DNA of 64,000 nt from Octopus sinensis (GCF_006345805.1 NC_043015.1:1860001-1924000); one strand, 5' to 3'. Positions 1-13,835 are shown, counted from the stretch's first letter. Program-made: numbers and translations. Notes: a model not told the origin generated them from the letters alone.

Positions 1-559
1 AAATATATTATCAAGAAGGGGAACTCAATATACGGAATAATGATGAAAGCCATAAAGTTTATAGTAAATCAGTTGAAATAGAATAGCATGAAACATGATT
101 ACGTTACAATAGATATTTGAATAAATATATAAGCTTATAAATAGATGGATATTAGATATACAACCACACACACACACGTATCTATAGAATGTTGTAATTT
201 TAAAATGTCCTCCCCACAATGAATAAAAAAATATGGAAAATTTGGAAATTGTGTGCTATCATACTTGGAATATCCCACGCATGATATAACAGGGATATAG
301 CATTTTAAAGTGTGAATCTTGAATTCCCAGTCAACTAGATTTTCCTTGTAATTTGCCTTATAAATGCTTTATAATATTTTGTGCAACACTGCCATAATTT
401 ACATGACTGCTTTAAATATATATGCGATATGACTTACGGAAGTTTCCAGACATTTCGAGGTGTGATAATAAAAATGTCCTAGATTATTGCAGATTTAGTT
501 TATCGTTGCTAATCATTTAATAATCCGAACTGCCGCATTTTAATTCCAGATTGAATGAA

Positions 560-983
560 ACGGCTCTAACAGCGCTGAGCATACCCTATGAAACACTGTC
601 ACAGCATACAAGACACTATTCATCAACATTTAATCCTGGTAACAATTTGCTTGACAGAAATGGACATCAAAGCTATCTCTCACCCATGCTACAATCCAGA
701 TGTTGCTCCCTGTGATTTTTCCGGGTTCTTCAAGCTCAAAGAGAAACTCAAGGACAGTCCCTTTTGAAAACATTTAGAATATGGAAGCTATAACAAGAGT
801 TTCGGACATTATTTTGGTGGATAAAATGTGGCTTGTCACAAAGTGGTTTGAGCGCTACAAGAAATTCATTGAAGAAAGAGGATACGATATGGAAGGAGAC
901 TAGAGTATAGTACATCTTTCGAATTAAAAATTAATAACCATCGCTCCTGAAAAAGTCTCAATTCTTCTTGAATGCACCTCATA
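560..983 (+). mobile_element. Mariner-family transposase C-terminal relic with right terminal repeat
   Basis: 660-722 translates MDIKAISHPCYNPDVAPCDFF (mariner HPPYSPDLAPxD motif). After a frameshift come FFKLKEKLK and KWFERYKKFIEERGYDMEGD*. The relic ends TTCTTGAATGCACCTCA-TA at 983. Confidence 0.85.
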
Positions 984-1090
984 TTTATCAAATTAGTTAA
1001 CATTCCCCCAATGTCTCATTGCTCTGTTCAAGGATATGAAATATTTTGAAATTTAGTATTTCGAACTAAAATTAATCAGGAAACATTTAC

Positions 1091-1164
1091 TTGAATTTTG
1101 TTTCCCAGAAGACCCGACAGTGTGCAAGATTTCAGTTGTGCAGTTGCCAAGCAGTCGACAGCAG
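1091..1164 (-). CDS. Weak candidate internal exon (74 nt), possibly downstream of the 26151-26265 exon
   Basis: aatattcttAG|CTGCTGTC...AAAATTCAA|GTAAAT. Open in the phase-1 frame: (A)AVDCLATAQLKSCTLSGLLGNKIQ. GC-richer than its flanks, but the acceptor is weak. Confidence 0.2.
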
Positions 1165-1669
1165 CTAAGAATATTGGACACATTCCCTCTTACATGTAAA
1201 CCTACGAAATCTCGTACACACACACACACGTACACACACATGTTATTCATATGTGTGTGTGTGTGTGTGGTTTATGCATGAAGATATATATGTATATTTA
1301 CGTTTCATATATGTGTGTATGCATAAATTCATCAGTTCAATATTGATTTTATTAACCTTAAGACAGGCAACGCCCCATACCAACGTATATATATACGAAC
1401 ACACACACATATATATGTGAATACTTATATGTTTGCACATACATAAGTATATATCTATGTATATATAAACAGGTATTTTTGCATATACATACACACACAC
1501 ACGCGCGCGCGCGCGCACACACACACACACCACGCACACACATATATATATATATTGTGTGTGTGTGTGTGTATAATGAAGACAACATACTCTGAATTAT
1601 GTAGAATATGATGTCCAAACTTTGAGGAGTAACTTTGAAATTTTATAAAAGATGACATGAAAATCAAAC

Positions 1670-2040
1670 CAAAATTGATGATGATGATGAAGATGATGAT
1701 GATGATAATAATGACGACGATGATGATTATGACAAAAGCACTGATGAAAATGATGAATATGATGATGAGGATGAAGATAATGATGATGATAATGGGGATA
1801 ATAATAATAATAATAATAATATAATAATAATAATAATAATAATGATGATGATGATGATGATGATGATGATAATAATAATAATAAAAATAATAGTAACAAT
1901 AATAAAAATAATAGTAACAATAATAATAATAATAATAGTAACAATAATAATGATAATAATAATAATAGTAATACTAGTAATAATAATAATACTAATAATA
2001 ATAATTGTAGTAATACTTTTAATAATAAAAACAATATATA
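1670..2040. repeat. (ATG)n/(ATA)n trinucleotide low-complexity tract
   Basis: Direct reading; source of the poly-M/poly-I pseudo-ORFs. Confidence 0.95.
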
Positions 2041-2883
2041 TGTAAACATCATAAAACTTTTACAAGCTGTTCTATATATTCACACACCAGGAAGACACTA
2101 ATATTTTAGTGTTCCTTAAGAGACGAGATATTTCTTTGAGGTGAAAGCTGAATGCCGTGTTATTGATTTAACCATTTACATAAGTACTATTGATCGAGCC
2201 ATTTACGTACCTCTAAATTGTATATAGATAAGAAGTGATACGGTGAAAAAAAATATACCAGACACTCAAAGAAAAAAAGTATGCTATACAGCATAAATTA
2301 ATATTGGCCAGTCTCACTGAATTTTATGTATAAAACATTAACCAGCATATATTTATATATTTATACATCTATGTATTTATTTTATAGGGCAGCAAAGTAA
2401 CAAATCTGAAATTTATATAACCAACCTTATTATGGAGATACGAGCGTCACAATCTATAACGATTCACTAAGAATTTTAAAGCACATTTTAAAATCTACAC
2501 CTTCTATAAAATGGTATTTTTCATTCTTTTGCCTGTTATGCTATGCGAAAATCGTTACGGTTTTTGTATGTAGTTATATTTCTAATACATATACCTATAC
2601 ATACACCCATACATACATACATACATACATACATACATACATACGCACATGTATACACGTATATATGCATACATATATCTATATACATACACACGTATAC
2701 ACACACATATGTAGTTACAATTTTATTACGAAACACACACACTCATACATATATATACATACAAACACATGCATATATATGTACATACGTATATGTATAT
2801 ATATATACATACATGCATATACATATACATACATTGCACACACATATATATTATATTACAATATATATATATATATATATAAA

Positions 2884-2915
<32 letters not shown>

Positions 2916-3194
2916 TTATATACATACATATTATATATATAGGCAGGGTGGGTCCAATGTCACGCACGAAAATGATTTCAAATACTCCTTCCGAATTGTC
3001 GAAGACATGCTTCAATTTTTTCTAACATTAAGAAAATGATGTATACACACGCGCTTGTACGTGGTGAACAAAATGAATAATAATAATAATAATAATAATA
3101 ATGATAATAATAATAATAATAGCATTCTTAGCAGTTATTTCTATTAACATTAGAATGCTATAGGTGGTGTTATAACGTCGGTATACACGTTTGG

Positions 3195-3410
3195 AACGTT
3201 AGCACGCCGGGCGAAATGCTTAGTCGTATTTCGCCTGCCGTTACCTTCTGAGTTCAAATTCCGCCGAGGTCAACTTTGCCTTTGATCCTTTAGGGGCTCG
3301 ATTAAATAAGTACCAGTTTCGCACTGGGGTCGATATAATCGACTTAATCCGTTTGTCTGTCCTTGTTTGTTCCCTTTGTGTTTAGCCCCTTGTGGGTAGT
3401 AAAGAAATAG
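3195..3410 (+). mobile_element. tRNA-derived SINE, family A, tail type b, with target-site duplication
   Basis: B-box-like GAGTTCAAATTCC, family body, and tail ...GCCCCTTGTGGGTAGTAAAGAAATAG. Flanked by GTATACACGTTTGG at 3181-3194 and 3411-3424. Confidence 0.9.
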
Positions 3411-4718
3411 GTATACACGTTTGGTGTAAAGTGGTATTACACAAGTAAATAGTTTGTTGTGTTGGAAGTAATTTCATTCAAAATATTTCAGTCATGATAC
3501 ACAGATCCCAGACTCGTCTTAGAAATCGTCTTGAAACGCCCTTTCTAGGACTGCGTATAGTTATTTTAGAATTACGTTTCCTTTGATTCTTCTACAATAT
3601 AGCATTGACAAAATTCGATTGAGGATTTAAACTTTGGTAAAGGAAAAATAATCCAGTGTGGCCAAATTCAGAATGTAACATCGGTGGCAGTAACGGTTGT
3701 CTCACGAGCAGGTCAATAGGCTTAACGCAATATTCAGGATTTGCCCGCTTTACATTCAAACCTTTTCCTTCATACTGACAATCTCACATGTCTGGGGACA
3801 TTCATGTACAATTCTTTACACACCACCAGACATGGTAAAAGAAAATAGCCTGAAAATTCAAATAAATATCTAATAATATAACAGTCAACATAAACATCAC
3901 AACTGAGCGATAGTGATGGGCACCGTTTTCCCACACGGTAACGTTAACGGTAAGACAATCTCCTCTCACAATCGCCATTTTTGTATCTGCCTTGAAGTCA
4001 TACACCCATATTTCATTATTTATTAGGATAATTCAGGAAATTTTCATCGTTATTGGGAAAGATAGATCTATTTACCTCACTGATGGTGACTTGGCCCCCT
4101 TTTGTTTCTAAGATTACCAGATTTTGAGAAAACACGAAGTAATTCTACCTTTCTTAATCACGTTTTACAAAATCATAAAACTGGCAAATTTATCGAAGAC
4201 CTCATGCAAAGTTAATCAAAGATTTGTGTGGATAATGGAACGTACTTTTATTATGCTATCACTATCCACTAACATGAAATTTCGAGTATATTTTAGAATT
4301 ATCCTTCGTAGCTGTCCTTCCAAATTTGAAACAGAATTTCACAGAAGTAACGTGCTTCGCTAAGTATTTACTATTCATCGCACAACGTGTCGGAAAGTGC
4401 ATCAGAAATGCATTCAGTCTAGCGTGTGTAGGTCAAATTTCAATGATGAGGCGAAATTTGGGTCTCATTAGATTAAAGCGAAGTGCATACGTATTGCAGC
4501 TTGACAGTGGGTAGCACGCAACGGTTGTCATATTATCACAGATCTATCTACAACAGACATACAAATGCACATACACACACAAACACGCACACGCACACAC
4601 ATACATACACACAAACACACATGGATGTGTGGGTGTGCATAAGTTTATTTGTGTGTGTGTGAGTAAATGTATATGCAACCTCATACATATACACAATATA
4701 CATACATATTATATAGAA

Positions 4719-4785
<67 letters not shown>

Positions 4786-4845
4786 AATACATATACATTC
4801 ATGTATATATATATACATACACACACATATATATATACCTACATT

Positions 4846-4914
<69 letters not shown>

Positions 4915-4916
4915 TG

Positions 4917-5200
4917 TGTACAGTGCTCAGGTGCACTACAACTCATCTAAAGTGTATATATAATCAGGTGTAGTTTCGGCGGATTTCGGAAAGCATGAGG
5001 GCCTTAAAAGATGCAGTGTCATGGCAGTCAACAACTGACGCAGGCACTTTATTCCATGCTTCAGCAACTCTGAGCGTGAAAAAATGTTTCCGAAAGTCAT
5101 GAGAGCTGTATTGTTTTCTGACTTTGTAGGCATGTCCACGTGTGTTAGACACATGGAGATCAAAAAGGTGTTCAGTGTTTTTGTTGGTGAGGTGGTTGAT
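4917..5200 (-). mobile_element. CR1-clade LINE 3' end
   Basis: TRGHAYKVRKQYSSHDFRKHFFTLRVAEAWNKVPASVVDCHDTASFK is a typical CR1 ORF2 C-terminus. Same family as 36273-37020. Confidence 0.85.
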
Positions 5201-5997
5201 ATATATGCATACATACATACATATGTATATATATACTTACATATATATCTATACACACATAAATACATATATTCACACACACACACACAGACACACACAT
5301 ACATATATATATATACACACTCAAACTACTTATTTTTATCCATATTTATATCTATACATTCAAATATAAGTGTATATGTGAATGTATGAGCGCGCATGTG
5401 CCTGGTCTATGGCACTTTTGAGGTCTTCATAGAATGTCTGTCCATATGAAAGATTAAGAAATAAAAGGCTGTACTTATTCAATCAATGCACAAAATGGTG
5501 GAGTATTCCAGAGACACCTGTACTCTGAAGCACTTAGCTCAGAATAACGGACACTATCTTCAGATATTCTGCTTGCTGCGGTTAACTCAATCGCGAGAGA
5601 AAACCGCAATTAGACGCAGTACGATTAAGATAGAACTAAAATACACGAATACGCTCACGCATACACACACACACACACACAATTATATATATTCACACGC
5701 ATATATACATATATACACATATATATATGCACACACATATACACACTCTCACTATTTTATCTATATTTATATCTATATTAATGTATATGCATACAAATAT
5801 TTCTACACCCATGTACAAACTTACATATATATATATACACTCATACTGATCACGACTACCATATATATATATATATGTGTGTGTGTGTCAGTATCTATGT
5901 ATATGTGTGTGTATATATACATATTCAGATCTATATATGCACACATAAACAATATATATATGTATATATATTTATATAAAATATATATACATACCTA

Positions 5998-6040
<43 letters not shown>

Positions 6041-6149
6041 ATATGTACATATATATAATATATATGTATCTCTCTCTCCCTCTCTCCTCTATATATATAT
6101 ATATATATGTATATATATAGTTATATATATATATTTGTATGTATGTGTG

Positions 6150-6337
6150 TGTATATGTCTGTGTGTCTGTGTTTGTCCCCCAACATTGCTTGACAACCGA
6201 TGCTGGAGTGTTTACGTCCTGTAACATAGCGGTTCGGCAGAAGAGATCCGATAGAATAAGTACTAGGCTTACAAAGATTAAAGGCAGTGCTCCAGCAAGG
6301 GCACAGTCAAATGACTGAAACAAGTAAAAGAGTAAAA
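6150..6337 (+). mobile_element. SINE family C, 3' half
   Basis: Matches 54400-54590 (GTTTGTCCCC...CGGTTCGGCA...GTGCTCCAGCA...AAACAAGTAAAAGAG). Confidence 0.85.
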
Positions 6338-6683
6338 ACAGTATATACGTATATATATATATTTACATATATATATATATATACTCTTTACTCTTTTACT
6401 TGTTTTACTATATATATATATAGAAATATATATAAACATACATATATAAAAAATATATATAAGTATATGTGTATACATACATATAAAATATATATATATT
6501 CATATATACGTATATATATATATATATACATATATACGTATATATATATACATATATGTATATATATAATACACATATATATACATATATATGTATATAT
6601 ATATAATATCCATATATGTATAATATATATATATTATACTATATAAACTATACATAAGTATAAGCATATATATATAGTTATAG

Positions 6684-6723
<40 letters not shown>

Positions 6724-6771
6724 TATACATATACAAACATACATACACACACACAACACACACACATATAT

Positions 6772-6820
<49 letters not shown>

Positions 6821-7488
6821 CTGTGTGTGTATATATATGTATGTATATATAATATTACATAGTTATTGCCCAGTCATATTCTGTACGACTACATATATTT
6901 CATTTCCAAATTACCTCACCAGAAATAAGAGTTAGACAACACAAGCGGAAAAATGCTATTAAGTATACTGTGTTAAAATATCTAAAGCCAGACATATTGC
7001 TTTGCTCTAGTCATTTACATGTCTAGGCTTTCACAGATTTTCAGATCAATGGCCAAGAATGGCGCCGAAACAGGTTATTCAAAAGAATGATTTTGAACAG
7101 ATTATGTGAGAGAGTGAGAGAGAGTTAACTTAAGTATATACGTTTGCAAAGTGCGGTTTAGTCATTCGGTGTTCACCGTTTAGATTAATATTTGTATAGA
7201 TTTATATACGTTTATATACTTACGTGCAATCATAGACACACGCATACATAGGTAGAGACACACGTATGTTAATGCAAATATGTATATATATACATAGATA
7301 CAAAAGCATGGATATACACATATGTGCGTACATACATACTTACATATATATATATATGTGTGTGCGCGTGTGTGTGTGCGTGTCTGTGCATGTAGGTATC
7401 GACGTCTGTTTATATCTATGCATGCGTATGTATATAGACATAAAGTTGTATCTATGTCCGAATTTCATTCCTGTACGTTTGCATGTAT

Positions 7489-7519
<31 letters not shown>

Positions 7520-7759
7520 CATACATACATATATACATATATGTATATATATACATACTATCTAATACAATTTTGTTTATGTATATAAGTATATATACAT
7601 ACATATATTTATATATGTGTGTGTGTGGTGTGTGTGTATATATATACTTTATATATAATATATATATATATATTATATAATATATATATATATATATATA
7701 ATATATGTATGTATGTATTAGGTATATATATGAAATAGTAGTTGTATACTGTCAACATA

Positions 7760-8086
7760 ATGTGACAGTCCAATGAAGGGAATCACACTAGTGCTATTTA
7801 GACCTTGGACGCATCAACGCTTCCTGTCGGCCTTGACACATTTCCTGTGTCCTCATGTTTACAAGGGGGAAATAAGCACCTCCATGCAGCTAAGTCTGCA
7901 ACCAGAGACTAGTTTCTGAGTCTTTTCTTGTTATCAGTCTGCAGTAGCATGGCCTGCTAGTTGGAGATGCTCATCTCCGTCTTGTAATCATAAGGACACA
8001 GGAAATGTGTCAAGGCCGGCAGGAGGCGTTGATGCTTCCTGGGGTTTAATAGCAGTGGTGTGATTCCCTTCATGGAACAGTCACAT
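7760..8086. mobile_element. MITE/foldback element with ~106-bp terminal inverted repeats
   Basis: 7760-7865 is the imperfect reverse complement of 7981-8086 (ATGTGAC...TTACAAG / CTTGTAA...GTCACAT). No ORF. Confidence 0.8.
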
Positions 8087-8115
8087 ATATATGTATGTGT
8101 GTATATATATGTATG

Positions 8116-8173
8116 TAGATCTCACCTGCTGACAGTATATATATATATATATACTGTCAGCAGGTGAGATCTA
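8116..8173. repeat. Perfect 58-bp palindrome centred on a (TA)n run
   Basis: TAGATCTCACCTGCTGACAG-(TA)9-CTGTCAGCAGGTGAGATCTA. Confidence 0.95.
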
Positions 8174-8627
8174 GAGAAACTCAGTAGAGAAAACGCCTTA
8201 TAGTGCTCGATAGATTAGAACTTAAACTAGAAGCCTTTATCGGGGATGCGATAAAATATGCCAGGGGAGATGATATGAGGCGATATAGATTCAGAGAAAC
8301 ACGATCTCGGCTTGATATATGTAAATATAAATAATACATATGTATACACACATATAAATATACTTAGGGGTATATGTTTGAATAAAAAGCTAAACATATC
8401 CAGGCGATAAGCACTTGTCTACAACCATATCATTATTTATATATATTGTCAAATAAAAGTACTTTATCATAAAGTATAGAAAATTCATAAAACAAATGGG
8501 AGAATGCATGTATTTTGTTTACTCAACAGCTGTTTTGGGGAGATCAGGATTACGTAATAGTTTTAGTTTTTCAAAATATTCAGATAGAACGTGCCAAAAG
8601 TTATAAATATACAACCGGCTTTCTTCG

Positions 8628-8666
<39 letters not shown>

Positions 8667-8667
<1 letters not shown>

Positions 8668-8896
8668 TGTTTTGTCTGGGGGGGGGATAATTTTCTTTTT
8701 GTGCCTTATAATTTAACGCTTTCACCGGTAAAATTTCCACTTATTTCCTTTTTTATTTTTATTTATGTTTCATTTTTATTTTATTTTTACTTTTATTTCC
8801 ATTTTATTTTTATTTATATTTTTAGCGGAATCTTTACCGGTGAGTGTGCTAAATTACAAGCCACAAAAAGAAAATGAATCTCCCCAGACACAACAG
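8667..8896. repeat. Imperfect inverted repeat (~70-bp arms, T-rich spacer); probable decayed MITE
   Basis: 8667-8738 is the approximate reverse complement of 8827-8896. Confidence 0.7.
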
Positions 8897-9429
8897 AATA
8901 TTTTTCAACACACGAACTCACATAAAGAATCTTGCAAATCAAATCCAAGAACGAGGAATGTATAAATGTGTGAGTTTGTGAATATAGGCGTGTGTGAATG
9001 TTTAAGATTTTCTTGTAGTTTTTCTGTCTGAAATCGAAATTTGTTAAAATGATAGACAAGTATTTTACTACATTGCATAAAAACACGGAAATATGCATGA
9101 GTGTTATTTTTACATTTCCAAATTGGAAAATTATTTGAAATTTGAAATGAAGGAAAAGAAATATATTAGCAAAAATTGTAATCTCCGGTATTTCAAACTG
9201 ATAATTTAAAAAATATATAAAGAAAAGAGAATAAAGAATATTATAAATTTACAAGTTGTGGAATAATATAAACATTGAAATTTAAGATACATTTCGTAGT
9301 ATAGAAATTAGAAAAAGTTGCGCAATAGGGAAATCGAGGAACATTTCCATATAAAAAGTAAAAATGAAAAAAAAAGTAACGGTTAATAGGTATGTTTAAA
9401 ACGAATCTGCCTCTCTGCTTGTCTGTCTG

Positions 9430-9458
9430 TCTGTATGTATGTATGTAATTTATGTATG

Positions 9459-9489
<31 letters not shown>

Positions 9490-9809
9490 TTTATGTATGT
9501 ATGTATGCATGTATGTATGCATGGTTTTATATATGTATGTTCGTATATATCTATGTATGTATATATCTATGTATGTATATATCTATGTATGTATGCATGT
9601 ATGTAATTTATGTATGCATGTTTGTATGCACGTATGTATGTGTGTATGTATGTATGTAATTTATGTATGCATGTATGCATGTATGTATGTATATATGTAT
9701 GTATGCATATATGTATGTATGTATATATGTATGTATGCATGTATGCATTTACGTATGTATGTGTGTATGTATGCATGCATGAATGTGTGTATGCATGTAT
9801 GTGTGTGTG

Positions 9810-9843
<34 letters not shown>

Positions 9844-10660
9844 TGTATGCAATTTATGCATGCATGTATGTATGTGTGATGTATGTAATTTATGCATGTA
9901 TGTATGCATGCATGTATGTGTGTGTATATATGTATCTATGTATGCATGCATGTCTGTATGTATGTATGTAATTTATGCATGCATGTATGCATCCATGTAT
10001 GTATGCATGTATATATGTATGTATGCATGCATATATGTATGTATGTATGTATGCATGTATGTAATTTATGTGTGCATGTAATAATGTATGCCTGTATGTG
10101 TGTGTATATATGTATGTATGTATGTATGCAATTTATGCAGGCATGTATGTATATATGTATGTATGTAATTTATGGATGCATGTATGTATGCATGTATGTG
10201 TGTGTATATATATATGTATGTATGCATGTCTGTATGTATGTAATTTATGCATGCATGTATGCATGCATGTATGTATATATATGTATGTATGTATATACGT
10301 ATGTATGTATATACGTATGTATGTATGCATGTATGTATGCAAGTATGTATGTGTGTATTTATGATTGTAATTTATGTATGCATGTATGTATGTATATATG
10401 TATGCATGTATATATGTATGTATGCATGTATGCATGTATATATGTATGCATGTAAATATGTATGTATGCATGTATGCATTTACCTATGCATGTGTGTATG
10501 TATGCATGTATGAATGTGTGTATGCATGTATGTATGTGTGTGTATTTTTGTGTATATATGATGTATGGATATATGTGTGTATGTATTTGTGTATATGCTG
10601 GCTTGCATACATGTTTCTGTGTAAGTAAATATATAAGTATGTATGCATGTATATGTGTGC
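9430..10660. repeat. Degenerate (TATG)n satellite with recurrent TAATTTA interruptions
   Basis: Direct reading. Confidence 0.9.
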
Positions 10661-10691
10661 TTGTCAATCTCTTTCTTTCTCTCTCTCTATC

Positions 10692-10750
<59 letters not shown>

Positions 10751-11191
10751 CTATCTATCTATCTATCTATCTATCTGTGTGTCTGTGTGTGTCAGTGTGT
10801 CGGTCTGCGTTTGTGTCTGTAAGATTGTGTATCTCCCTGCCTACCTATTCAAGCTTGAAATTGCATGTTTACAGTTAGTATATATACACACAATTGCACA
10901 TATGTACATATATGCATATATGTCTAGTTGTGTGTGCTTGCATATATGCATATAGGTATACTCGTGCATGCTTGTATGCACATACTCGCAGATTCCCCTA
11001 CCCACTCTCATTTACTAATATCATAAAGATTTTCCATGCACAGTCGCTTTTCTATGACTTTACCAATTAAAATAACACACTTAGAGGTTAAACTGATATA
11101 TGTAAAAAATATGTACACATACACACACACACGCTTATTCTCACAGGCACACAATTTATACTCACACACACATCCAAGTGTATATATACAC

Positions 11192-11398
11192 TTTACTTGT
11201 GTCAATCATTTAACTGTGGCCATGCTGGAGCACCGCCTTTAGTCGAGCAAATCACTCCCCAGGACTTATCCTTTGTAAGCCTAGTACTTATTCTATCGGT
11301 CTCTTTTGCCGAACCTCTAAGTTACGGGGACGTAAACGCACTAGAATCGGTTGTCAAGCGATGTTGGGGGAACAAACACAGACACACAAAATTATACG

Positions 11399-11480
<82 letters not shown>

Positions 11481-11644
11481 CGACGGACTTTTTTCAGTTT
11501 CCGTCTACCAATTCCACCCACAAGACTTTGGCCAGCCCGAGGCTAAACTAAAAGACACTTGCCCAAGGTGCCACGCAGTGGGACTGAACCCAGTACCATG
11601 TGGTTCGTAAACAAGCTACTTATCACACAGCCACTCCTACGCCT
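11192..11644 (-). mobile_element. SINE family C, full length with internal (TA)/(TG) microsatellite
   Basis: Head GGCGTAGGAGTGGCTGTGTG...GGTTCAGTCCC on the minus strand; collinear with 23341-23750 and 54156-54590. Confidence 0.9.
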
Positions 11645-11975
11645 ATATATTTGCATATGGTTATACATTTTTAAATGATATAATTTTTATTCATAAAATT
11701 TTATATATGATTTCTTGTCAACTTGTACTTCTCCGATTATCAATAACGCACCATAATCTTGTAAATCCGGGAAGAAGCTACTAATTACCAACGAAATCTA
11801 TATATAGTTCCGTAAAACTGAAACTTGTAAGCTTCAGGACTCCAGCTCTTATAGTCACCGTGCACTATACTCGTATACTAGCAGTTCGTTGGTAACACGA
11901 AACAATCACGAAACAATCGCAAAAAAAACATACTATGAAACAAAGTTACGAAGAAAAGTAGAACAGGGGAATACA

Positions 11976-12270
11976 TCTTTATATATAAAAGTGAAATTGT
12001 GTGTCTGTCTCCTACGATTTAGATTCCTAACTACTCCCACATTTTGCGTTACAGTTTAACCAAAAGCGGGTTATAGTCGTGATTCATATCGAGCCCTTCT
12101 GGGTATTAGCGCGCGTCTACGATGAGTCTACGATTAAAAAAAAAAAATACCATCATTTTTCCCCATTTTTAATGCATTTTGTTGCTATTATATAAGGGAA
12201 GTAACTCTCTAAAAATGCTTATATAGTTATTTCCCTTACAAACCCGAGCAACGCCGGGCGATACTGCTAG
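11976..12270 (+). mobile_element. Non-autonomous Helitron
   Basis: Starts A|TCTTTATATATAAAAG. Ends with the hairpin CCCGAGCAACGCCGGG, a short spacer and CTAG|T, i.e. inserted at an AT dinucleotide with no TSD. Confidence 0.85.
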
Positions 12271-12898
12271 TACTATATAAATTTCCTCATTAAAATATAG
12301 GATTACTAATGTAAGCCACACTTGTATTGAAACAACACGACAAAATAAAAAAGAAAATTGTATATACATCAATACAGGTGGCTAATTATACGGAAGCCTA
12401 TGGTAATAAACTTTAGCCGATAAAGGTTATATAAATACGAAAACAACAAAATATGACACAGCTGACAAGGAATCTCTAGGGAGCTTTTAGTAAGCATATA
12501 CGCCAGAGAAAAACGTTAACAAAAAAGAAAAAAAAAGGATAGCAGATGCCAAATCTATTTAATTTCTAGAAAACGTGACTATGATGGATAAGGAACTGTG
12601 AATATGGATTTAGGAAATTTAACCTTCCAAAATATCTGCAAAAAACTCCAAAGAACATTTGTAAGTCTTTAATAAAATAAGATAAAACTGGAACCCAAAA
12701 AACTGTCTGCCAGATAAACGTTTACACACACGTAGACACACACACACACACATACACACACACACAGATACACACACACACAAGCGCACACATATATAAT
12801 AAGACCTAGTCAAAAATGCATCAGGTTGTTAGCAACACCATGTGATTTTTGCAAAAGAAATCAACTACCACAGCTTGGCTAAAATCTGCGCTAAACGC

Positions 12899-13790
12899 AT
12901 GCACGGAGTTGACTCCCTAAGTTTGACTCCCTTGTTCCTCAGTGTAAAAAGAAAGACGTATTCTGTGAAGTACAAGAAAATAATTGTGGAAGATTCCCAT
13001 AACAAGTATGTGAATCTTCCAAAACGTTCGAAAACTGCGAGCAGAATACGATAATCTCAGCAGACAGATTTAATGAGGGAAGTGCTAAGACGCGCAAGTG
13101 TGGACAGGTTGGCAACCGTTATTTTCGGAGCTGGAAGAGATCACGTCGGGATGGATTGCTGACAGAAGACAAAAGCTTTGGTTGTACGCAGGGCGGATAT
13201 TCAAGAATGTGCTCTTGCAATGGCACCACAGTTTGATATAACCCCAGATATATTCAATGCATCAGCACATTTGTTGGATAACTTCATTCGGCGATATGAG
13301 CTCTCTCTAAGAAGATCGACAACACTGTTTAGGCTGAAGGATGCTGAAGTGATGCAACGTGCACTTGCATTCAAGTCTTTCGTTGATGGCTTCGACTTTT
13401 CTAAATACAATCTCTCCAATATAATTGTCATGGATCAGACTGCAGTATTTATGGGCCAAGAATCTAAAACGACAATTGAACAGACAGGTGCTTCGTCAAT
13501 CTACGTTGCCTCACCGGGATGCAAAAGTGAAATAATTACTTGTTTTTTAGCAATTCGTCTTAATGGAACAAAAGTCCCATCACTTATCTTCACAAAAGGC
13601 AAAATAGGACGAGCTCTGGGCATTTATGTTCTTGAAATGGAAAACGCTTGGTACACACAAGCTGTTATAAGGAAATGGGTTTATTTAACGATGTCAATTG
13701 TTCTACGTGGTTTTGAAAATGGTCTTTTAGTATGGGATTCGGCCAGTACTCATTGTGTATAAGTCTTGAAAAAAAGTACAAAAATCGATT
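12899..13790 (+). mobile_element. pogo/Tigger-like DDE transposase, decayed
   Basis: KRKTYSVKYK N-terminus. ORF 13178-13762 has a CENP-B-type HTH segment (FNASAHLLDNFIRRYELSLRRST), MDQTAV (first catalytic D) and LLVWDSASTH (second D). Frameshifts occur upstream and it is 3' truncated. Confidence 0.9.
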
Positions 13791-13835
13791 CCAGGTGAGA
13801 ATGCGATCGATAAAGCACTGGGAACGTGCATTTGT

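Noticed and set aside
5400-5450. Minus-strand TFYEDLKSAID resembling an RTE endonuclease motif
   Set aside because: Too short, with no flanking homology.
9452-10878. Long Cys/Met/Tyr-rich ORFs (up to 209 aa) resembling metal-binding or reflectin-like proteins
   Set aside because: Purely a product of (TATG)n, open in several frames on both strands, with no reflectin motif.
13178-13762. pogo ORF as a domesticated host gene
   Set aside because: The N-terminal part is frameshifted, there is a stop soon after the second catalytic Asp and the third acidic residue is missing.
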